In this document: positions 1 through 5,763 of the stretch, piece after piece | How positions within the stretch are numbered: position 1 is the stretch's first letter | How the letters are laid out: every line of letters starts with the position of its first letter | Virus record (IMG/VR): IMGVR_UViG_3300014658_000001 | Span: 1 to 60,653 of that record | Direction: 5' to 3' (one strand) | Origin: a virus | Taxonomy: Duplodnaviria; Caudoviricetes | Length of the DNA stretch: 60,653 nt | The notes under the pieces: model-generated | Databases searched by the model: none | Seen by the model: the letters and a program-made list of their open reading frames with translations, nothing else | Told to the model about the DNA's origin: nothing | Made by a program: the position numbers and the translations under genes

Positions 1-123
1 GCCAGATACTCCCGTACGATCACCCGGTAGTGAATGAGCCCGCGGGCGCTGCCTTTCTTGCGCTTGGTCCCTAAGATGTGCGCACGATATCGTCGCATCA
101 CGTGCCGCGGGTCAGGGTGCGGA
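1..123. repeat. Terminal direct repeat copy 1 (circular-assembly overlap)
   Basis: 1-123 is identical to 60531-60653. Confidence 0.97.
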
Positions 124-140
124 TGAGTATAGTTGTCCAC
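1..140 (-). CDS. Hypothetical 54-aa basic protein spanning the circular junction (GTG at 140, continues to TGA at 60506)
   Basis: Manual translation MDNYTHPHPDPRHVMRRYRAHILGTKRKKGSARGLIHYRVIVREYLAAKRRVLE; its stop overlaps the GTG of 60138..60509. Confidence 0.55.
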   Translation of the reverse strand, partial: MDNYTHPHPDPRHVMRRYRAHILGTKRKKGSARGLIHYRVIVREYL

Positions 141-150
141 AGCTTATCCC

Positions 151-348
151 CTAGAGTGTGACCAGCGTTTCGACACGCCGTAACTTGAGCTTTTTCAAGG
201 TCTTGGGACTGGCATTGGTCTTATACCCTTTCCACAGTCTCCACAGGTAGCCCTTGTCGATCTTGAGCACCCGTGCGGCTTCCGAAAGATTACCGCCGTG
301 GAGCTCGATCAGCTCCCCAATCCGCTTTTGCAATTCAGTTTTCGCCAT
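151..348 (-). CDS. Cro/XRE-like helix-turn-helix regulator
   Basis: NLSEAARVLKIDKGYLWRLWKG HTH pattern; first gene of the left arm; AGAGGG RBS. Confidence 0.8.
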   Translation of the reverse strand: MAKTELQKRIGELIELHGGNLSEAARVLKIDKGYLWRLWKGYKTNASPKTLKKLKLRRVETLVTL

Positions 349-362
349 AGTACCCTCTTTGC

Positions 363-430
363 GTTGTCCCAGCGTACCACGACAGGGCTGGAATACGAAA
401 GAGCTTGCAGTTGTTGTCTAAGTGGTCTAC
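363..430. promoter_or_regulatory. Two candidate operators (363-380, 413-430)
   Basis: GTTGTC-N6-TACCAC and GTTGTC-N6-GTCTAC, imperfect versions of a GTTGTC-N6-GACAAC palindrome overlapping the promoters. Confidence 0.45.
371..399 (-). promoter_or_regulatory. Leftward sigma70-like promoter
   Basis: TTCGTA-N17-TACGCT with extended -10 TG on the - strand, just upstream of the HTH gene. Confidence 0.55.
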
Positions 431-433
431 GCT
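405..433 (+). promoter_or_regulatory. Rightward early sigma70-like promoter
   Basis: TTGCAG-N17-TACGCT. Confidence 0.65.
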
Positions 434-474
434 GCAGGCTCACTAGGGTGGCGTCACTGGGTAAGGAGATCGAC

Positions 475-648
475 ATGTTCAGCAAGACGTTCCTCTTCAA
501 CAAAGCCGGCGCCGATCTGCGTGTGGTCCCAGATCTGATTCCGACTCTGAAAGCGACCGGCAAGCTTCCCGAGGAGCTGAACGATACCTTCGTCGTGACC
601 GAATACCAGGCGGCTGACGGCCTGCGGTACATCCTGGATTGGGCATGA
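475..648 (+). CDS. Hypothetical early protein (57 aa)
   Basis: TAAGGAG RBS before ATG 475; ATGA overlap with the next gene. Confidence 0.7.
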   Translation: MFSKTFLFNKAGADLRVVPDLIPTLKATGKLPEELNDTFVVTEYQAADGLRYILDWA

Positions 649-800
649 GAAGTGCCGCAGAGCGCAAGGCCGCAGAGCGGGCTAGACGCGATGCACAAGG
701 GCTCAAGCGACTGGAGTTCTGGCTCCCGCCGGCCCTGCACGAGAAGGTCAAGAAATACGTGGCGCGGCTGCTGCGCGCTGTCAACCAAACAGGTAAATAG
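645..800 (+). CDS. Small basic putative DNA-binding protein (51 aa)
   Basis: Manual translation MRSAAERKAAERARRDAQGLKRLEFWLPPALHEKVKKYVARLL...; helix-strand-helix pattern; not in ORF track. Confidence 0.65.
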   Translation: MRSAAERKAAERARRDAQGLKRLEFWLPPALHEKVKKYVARLLRAVNQTGK

Positions 801-802
801 CC

Positions 803-1150
803 ATGAATCAGACCCCAAACACATGCCCGCTCACCAATTTCCGCGAATTCGTCGCGCAGCGGTTGCATACGGCTCCGTTCGGCTGGGGTTCATGCGGCTA
901 CGAACTGGAGCGCCGGTATTACGATCTCGTCCAGGAGTATTGGGCGGACGGCGAAACCGTAGACGACACGGCCGCAGCGGTGCACAAGCTCCACATGAGC
1001 CGTCCGGTCCAAAAGGTCGAGCAGATGACTCGCAAGTCACTTTCGGCTGCTGGCTGTACTTTTGCGGATGACGTCGAATACGAGTGGCGCCGCGACGAGC
1101 GAAGCGAACGCCAGGGCGACCTGATCGCTATGTATCGGGCCGAATACTGA
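803..1150 (+). CDS. Hypothetical protein
   Basis: ORF with AGGT RBS, in operon context. Confidence 0.65.
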   Translation: MNQTPNTCPLTNFREFVAQRLHTAPFGWGSCGYELERRYYDLVQEYWADGETVDDTAAAVHKLHMSRPVQKVEQMTRKSLSAAGCTFADDVEYEWRRDERSERQGDLIAMYRAEY

Positions 1151-1176
1151 CCCGTCCAACTATCCCGTGAGTAGCC

Positions 1177-1353
1177 ATGACTGAATACGAGAAAGGAAAA
1201 CGCGATGGCCTCGACTTCGAGGTTCCGTCTGACATCATCGTGTGGGTGCGCGCGCCGGACAATGACGATATGCGGCGGTACTTGATGGGCGTGATCGACG
1301 GATTGCGTGTCGAGGTCGCCAAGCTACGCCTTGCCAACACAAGCTGCAAATAA
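1177..1353 (+). CDS. Hypothetical protein (58 aa)
   Basis: Manual translation MTEYEKGKRDGLDFEVPSDIIVWVRAP...; GTAGCCATG start context shared with neighbours. Confidence 0.6.
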   Translation: MTEYEKGKRDGLDFEVPSDIIVWVRAPDNDDMRRYLMGVIDGLRVEVAKLRLANTSCK

Positions 1354-1356
1354 ACC

Positions 1357-1385
1357 TTGCAATCGTTGTCCGGCTAGACTACGCT
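1357..1385 (+). promoter_or_regulatory. Second early promoter with candidate operator 1365-1382
   Basis: TTGCAA-N17-TACGCT; overlaps GTTGTC-N6-GACTAC. Confidence 0.65.
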
Positions 1386-1423
1386 TATCCCATTGTCGAG
1401 ATGTCCTCGACGAGGAGACGCAC

Positions 1424-1744
1424 ATGACCACGGTTTACGCGATCCACGACACCGACGCGGCCCACCTCGAAGAGGTCATCGCCGAAATGAGAAAGATGGG
1501 CGCACCGACGATCCGCGTTGTTGACTGCTCTGATTTCTTCATGGCTCTTGAGGGCTCGCACCGGCTGGCCGCAGCGGCGGAACTTGGCCTTACCCCCACC
1601 TTCGTCGTCTTTGAGCAAAACGACATGGTTGACCTGTCCGACTTGGATATCGACACCTACAACCTCAATCTTGGTGAGACCTATACGGCGGGCGAGTTGG
1701 CCGGTGAGTTGATCGGGATGCACAACCCGACATTCTCGTTCTGA
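1424..1744 (+). CDS. ParB/Sulfiredoxin-like N-terminal domain protein
   Basis: PTIRVV...ALEGSHRLAAA (GxHR motif); GAGGAG RBS. Confidence 0.7.
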   Translation: MTTVYAIHDTDAAHLEEVIAEMRKMGAPTIRVVDCSDFFMALEGSHRLAAAAELGLTPTFVVFEQNDMVDLSDLDIDTYNLNLGETYTAGELAGELIGMHNPTFSF

Positions 1745-1797
1745 GGCGTGGCCGTGCTGACCTAACCTTGAGCATCGGACAAACAAACGGGTGGAAA

Positions 1798-1968
1798 ATG
1801 ATTTACGCAAGATATATGGGCACGGATGATAAGGGATTTGGTGGCTACAACGTCTTAATCGACGGCAAGCTCTATTCTCAAGGCGGTCTGCCGTCGCGTA
1901 TCGACGGGAAGAAGGTCACCTGGACACTAATTCGCGGAACCCCTAACTACTCAGGCTGTTTTACCTGA
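1798..1968 (+). CDS. Hypothetical protein
   Basis: ORF from ATG 1798 with GGTGG RBS. Confidence 0.5.
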   Translation: MIYARYMGTDDKGFGGYNVLIDGKLYSQGGLPSRIDGKKVTWTLIRGTPNYSGCFT

Positions 1969-2001
1969 CCAGCTATCAGACAACCAAACAGGTAAGTAGC
2001 C

Positions 2002-2118
2002 ATGGCAAAGCGCAAACGGTTAATCAGCGAATCAAAGAGCCATCACCAGCGTTTCCGTGCTATGGAGTTATGGCGTCGCCTTCGCGACGAGCGCAGGAAG
2101 CATCCCAAATGCTGTTAG
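2002..2118 (+). CDS. Small basic hypothetical protein (38 aa)
   Basis: MAKRKRLISESKSHHQRFRAMELWRRLRDERRKHPKCC; shares a 24-bp start cassette with the gene at 803. Confidence 0.5.
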   Translation: MAKRKRLISESKSHHQRFRAMELWRRLRDERRKHPKCC

Positions 2119-2178
2119 CTCGGCGTTGGAGCAACGCCCGCTCGGAAAGATTAGCGTCATTGTCAGGGAAATGTAGTT

Positions 2179-2355
2179 ATGAATGATTTACCGTATAAAG
2201 CGTACGACGCGGGGCGCCGCGCTAAACAACTGGGAAAGCCCCTACACGCTTGCCCCTACACAGTTACGGATGACCGGACCGCAACGCTCCGATTAGCTTG
2301 GATAGATGGTTGGTTGGAAGAGGTTGCGCCTCTCCTTGAGAGGGAACGAACATGA
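2179..2355 (+). CDS. Ribosome modulation factor (Rmf/CrpP-fold)-like protein
   Basis: Manual translation MNDLPYKAYDAGRRAKQLGKPLHACPY...LRLAWIDGWLEE; AYxxGxxA..GK..CPY..WxxGW signature. Confidence 0.75.
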   Translation: MNDLPYKAYDAGRRAKQLGKPLHACPYTVTDDRTATLRLAWIDGWLEEVAPLLERERT

Positions 2356-2519
2356 GACCAGCACAAACTCTAGCTACCTTGTCACCCAAACACACCAAAA
2401 CCGTCAAGGGACATTTGACCGCGATTTATAAGGCTGTCGGGTGCGCCAACGCGCGCCAGTTTTTGGTGTGGTATTTCACTGGCGCAAAGCAACCCAAAGT
2501 TGTGGAGTTACCACAGTGA
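2352..2519 (+). CDS. Small LuxR/GerE-type HTH-like protein (55 aa)
   Basis: TKTVKGHLTAIYKAVGCANARQF resembles the LuxR recognition helix; overlapping start/stop at both ends. Confidence 0.5.
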   Translation: MRPAQTLATLSPKHTKTVKGHLTAIYKAVGCANARQFLVWYFTGAKQPKVVELPQ

Positions 2520-2893
2520 CACGGGTGCGCACCCGCGAAATCCGCGAGACCTACAGACTGCAGCGCAAAGCACACGGAGTCGACGAATCCGCAGAGATCA
2601 CTGCATGGTTGCTGCAGTTGGACCTCCCCTACGTCAGGATAACCCTGGGCCTGGAGCGGTCAATCTCTCGGGTAGGGCGCAACCAGCATCGGGAGAGTGT
2701 CCACACGGCCCGACAAGCGGCGCTGACCGCAGGCATCAAAACCTATACGGGCTCACCTTGCAGACTGGGTCACGACGGAACGCGTTACGCAGCGTGTGGC
2801 AACTGTGTGCAATGCGCCCGTCACCGGCGCTGGAAAGAGTATTGGACAGAAAAAGCCGCTCGATTGAGCGCGGAACTGGAGACACCAACATGA
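2516..2893 (+). CDS. Zinc-finger protein
   Basis: YTGSPCRLGHDGTRYAACGNCVQC; GTG start overlapping the previous stop. Confidence 0.6.
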   Translation: MTRVRTREIRETYRLQRKAHGVDESAEITAWLLQLDLPYVRITLGLERSISRVGRNQHRESVHTARQAALTAGIKTYTGSPCRLGHDGTRYAACGNCVQCARHRRWKEYWTEKAARLSAELETPT

Positions 2894-3120
2894 AACGCAC
2901 CCCCGTTAACTCGTCTCTGATAGCTTCTGTCGGGTTGGAGGATCGCCCGGACGGCCCTGTCATGGAAATTGAGTTCGTCAACGGCAAAGGCTCGGTGTAC
3001 CAGTATACCGGCCCCAAAGTACGCGAGCACCACGACGCGCTATTGAAAGCGCCCTCCGTAGGTCAGTACTTCCTGAAGAACGTGAAGACCTGTCCCCACA
3101 CCAAATTCAACAAAGTGTAA
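2890..3120 (+). CDS. KTSC domain protein
   Basis: MKRTPVNSSLIASVG...MEIEF..GSVYQY...LLKAPSVGQYFLKNVK. Confidence 0.85.
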   Translation: MKRTPVNSSLIASVGLEDRPDGPVMEIEFVNGKGSVYQYTGPKVREHHDALLKAPSVGQYFLKNVKTCPHTKFNKV

Positions 3121-3125
3121 TCCGC

Positions 3126-3395
3126 ATGGAGTTCCTCAGAGATTTCTGGCCTGTTGGTTTGCTAAGCCTGGGTGTATTAGCGCTATTGGGCGTCGCTATT
3201 TACAGCACCGTACGGGAAAGCGAAGATTTCGCACGCTTCGCATCCGCGCACCACTGTCGTGTGGTCGGCCGTGTGCGAGGAAATGCGTTGGTGAGTCCTA
3301 CAATAGACTCAAAAGGTAATGTAGGCGTTGCGATTACTCAAATACCCGATAAAATCGGCTATTACTGCGACGATGGCGTAACTTACTGGAGATGA
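3126..3395 (+). CDS. Membrane-anchored hypothetical protein
   Basis: N-terminal hydrophobic helix; C-terminal YCDDGVTYWR. Confidence 0.65.
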   Translation: MEFLRDFWPVGLLSLGVLALLGVAIYSTVRESEDFARFASAHHCRVVGRVRGNALVSPTIDSKGNVGVAITQIPDKIGYYCDDGVTYWR

Positions 3396-4093
3396 CCAAC
3401 ATGGCCGTCAAGAAAATACTGAAGAAAGAAACCCCTCCCAACACGGTTACGATGCCGGTGCCGCAGGCGGACCCTGCGCTGTCCGCATCTGCCAAGCAGC
3501 TGCTGATGGAGGCACAGGCTTTGACCGTGACGACCGCGGAAGAGTACGAAGAAGCCGGTGAGGTGCTGCTGCGCTTGAATTCGCGAGCAAAGGAAGTCGA
3601 AGCACAGAAAGCGACCTTATGGGACCCGCTCGCGGTGCTTACCAAGAATGTACAGGCGATTTTCAATCCGCCGCTCAAAGTGTTGGACACAGCTAAGAAA
3701 CTGGTATCCAGCAAGATGGGGGCCTACGCCCAGGAGCAAGCCAACATCGCACTGGAGCGCCAGCGGCTTGCGGATGAGGAAGCCGAAGAGGCGCGACAAA
3801 AGCTGCTTGCGAAAGCCGAGAAGGCTTCCGACGACGGCAACCACGCACGCGCTGTGATCCTGGAAGCGCGTGCTGACAGCGTACAGGCGCCTACGATCGA
3901 GGCGGAGACGCCGCAGGTTGCGGGACTGAAGCTGGTTCCCCGCTGGCTGTTCGAGGTGACGGACGAAAGCTTGGTACCGCGCAAATTCTTGATGGTGGAC
4001 GAGCGCTTGATCCGTGCGGAAGTCAATGCCCAACAGGCTAACGCCAAGATTCCCGGTGTGCGGATCTGGTCAACGTTGAAACCCCAGGGCTGA
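3392..4093 (+). CDS. Coiled-coil phage protein with Gp157-like C-terminus
   Basis: Long coiled coil, then WLFEVTDESLVPRKFL...IPGVRIW. Confidence 0.65.
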   Translation: MTNMAVKKILKKETPPNTVTMPVPQADPALSASAKQLLMEAQALTVTTAEEYEEAGEVLLRLNSRAKEVEAQKATLWDPLAVLTKNVQAIFNPPLKVLDTAKKLVSSKMGAYAQEQANIALERQRLADEEAEEARQKLLAKAEKASDDGNHARAVILEARADSVQAPTIEAETPQVAGLKLVPRWLFEVTDESLVPRKFLMVDERLIRAEVNAQQANAKIPGVRIWSTLKPQG

Positions 4094-4099
4094 CCTCAC

Positions 4100-4219
4100 A
4101 TGTGCACCGATCCCCATATGCTCACGTTGATTCGCTTGCTAATAGGCGCGATGGCCGTCGCGTGTGCGTTGGGGATTCTGCTGTGGATAGCCAAAGAAGA
4201 TAACCAACCTTACGAGTAA
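4100..4219 (+). CDS. Small membrane protein (39 aa)
   Basis: Manual translation MCTDPHMLTLIRLLIGAMAVACALGILLWIAKEDNQPYE. Confidence 0.4.
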   Translation: MCTDPHMLTLIRLLIGAMAVACALGILLWIAKEDNQPYE

Positions 4220-4239
4220 AGGGACTAAAGGAGTAGTTT

Positions 4240-4455
4240 ATGTTGATACTAACCCGATTGGCCGGTGAGACTATCGTTTTCACCACCGCGGCAGGCGAGG
4301 TGATCACGCTGCATTACCTGCGCAACCGGCACGGAGAGATTCGCCTCGGAATCGACGCGCCGAAATCTGTCCACATCCTGCGCGGTGAGCTGCAATCGAC
4401 GCCGCCCTCGCGCCCGGTCCGTGTCGTTACGAAACCCCTCAAGGTGAACCCGTGA
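4240..4455 (+). CDS. csrA: CsrA/RsmA-family RNA-binding translational regulator
   Basis: MLILTRLAGETIV...IRLGIDAPKSVHILRGEL; AAGGAG RBS. Confidence 0.9.
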   Translation: MLILTRLAGETIVFTTAAGEVITLHYLRNRHGEIRLGIDAPKSVHILRGELQSTPPSRPVRVVTKPLKVNP

Positions 4456-5342
4456 CCGAAGTAGGCCGACGCCCAGACCTGACCGATATTATCGCAATCC
4501 TGGACGCTATTACGGCCATCGAGGCAGACGCGTTTGCTTTAGATCCCAAATCACGCACCTTTCGGGTAGTCTTGACGTTCGATCGTGAGCTCATGACTGC
4601 AGTACCTGATTGGTCGGAAGGTCAGCCAAAGCCTTCATGGTTGATCGAGGGTATCAAGGAGAATCTGAACGCGTGGCGCGTGCAGATGATCCGTGAGGCA
4701 CAGTGGGTTTCAAAAGAGGAACAGATGGGATCTTCTATTGACACCCTCATGGCGCACTACGCAGAGGAGCTGAAGAAAGCGCAGAAGGCCGCTCCACAGA
4801 ATGTCGTCACGCGTACGCAGGCTCGCGTTGCCGCGGATACGATCCTGCGATTTAAAGAGTTGAAAGAGCGCCGCGAAGCCGGTGGCGTTTACTCGCAAAC
4901 CGAAAGCCGCCGTGAGAAAGCTCGCAAGGCATGGGCGGAGGAGGAGTTTGAAGGGCCAAAACGCGAGGAGCAACAGCGCCGGCAGCACCAGCAATACGAT
5001 TACGCGCGACGCTACACCTACGGCTTTGATGGGGTAGACCCAGAGTTACGCCGTAAAGCTGAGGAGGTGTTCCGGGAGTTCAGTGAGGGTTTGTTTGGCG
5101 ATGCGTTTCGGTACGGTAATGGCACTCACCGCGCAAAAGCACCCCCGCCGCCAAAGACTCCGGGCAAGACTCCGTGGTACACGACGCTAGGGGTAGCAGC
5201 GAACGCCACAAAGGATGAAATCAAGAAAGCACATCGCAGACTCGCCGCACGATTTCATCCCGACCGTTACACGGAGCCGGACGGGCACGGGAAAATGACC
5301 GAAATCAACACCGCACGGGACGAAGGATTAGGTGGACTATGA
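4452..5342 (+). CDS. Protein with C-terminal DnaJ (J) domain
   Basis: WYTTLGVAANATKDEIKKAHRRLAARFHPDR...MTEINTARD (HPD motif); alternative start at 4725 possible. Confidence 0.8.
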   Translation: MTEVGRRPDLTDIIAILDAITAIEADAFALDPKSRTFRVVLTFDRELMTAVPDWSEGQPKPSWLIEGIKENLNAWRVQMIREAQWVSKEEQMGSSIDTLMAHYAEELKKAQKAAPQNVVTRTQARVAADTILRFKELKERREAGGVYSQTESRREKARKAWAEEEFEGPKREEQQRRQHQQYDYARRYTYGFDGVDPELRRKAEEVFREFSEGLFGDAFRYGNGTHRAKAPPPPKTPGKTPWYTTLGVAANATKDEIKKAHRRLAARFHPDRYTEPDGHGKMTEINTARDEGLGGL

Positions 5343-5545
5343 GCAACAATGACGACAACGTGGAAAAAGTAGTTGCCAAAATCAGGGTAGCCGCAGATGC
5401 CGTGAAGGAGCTGCGGGACGGGGTAGACCCTGGGCACGTGCCTTTCATCAAGCACCTGACAGCCGTCATACGCAACCTGCGCGCCACCGCGAACGACGTG
5501 GAGCAATCCTGCGCGGAAGAGTCAGGGGAGCGCATGCGCCCATGA
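5339..5545 (+). CDS. Hypothetical protein
   Basis: ATGA-coupled ORF. Confidence 0.6.
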   Translation: MSNNDDNVEKVVAKIRVAADAVKELRDGVDPGHVPFIKHLTAVIRNLRATANDVEQSCAEESGERMRP

Positions 5546-5763
5546 GTATTGAGTGGATATCCCTGACACAAGAGAAACCCCCCAAAGACGAATACGTGCT
5601 GATTTGGGTTCCTTCTCGCCCATGGTCATCGGATAGCCCTACAGTCTTCGCTTGCGTAGCGGCACGCAGCCACGCAGGGGTATCAGGATGGAAAGAGTTT
5701 GGTCCTGGATACTACATGGACGCTGAAGTGACCCATTGGGCGCAGATCAATCCCCCCACATGA
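5542..5763 (+). CDS. DUF551-like phage protein
   Basis: EWISLTQEKPP..VLIW...VTHWAQINPP. Confidence 0.7.
   Translation: MSIEWISLTQEKPPKDEYVLIWVPSRPWSSDSPTVFACVAARSHAGVSGWKEFGPGYYMDAEVTHWAQINPPT

Noticed and set aside
1-123. Biological direct terminal repeat
   Set aside because: It falls inside an ORF and its length is typical of assembler overlap; real termini cannot be determined from sequence alone.
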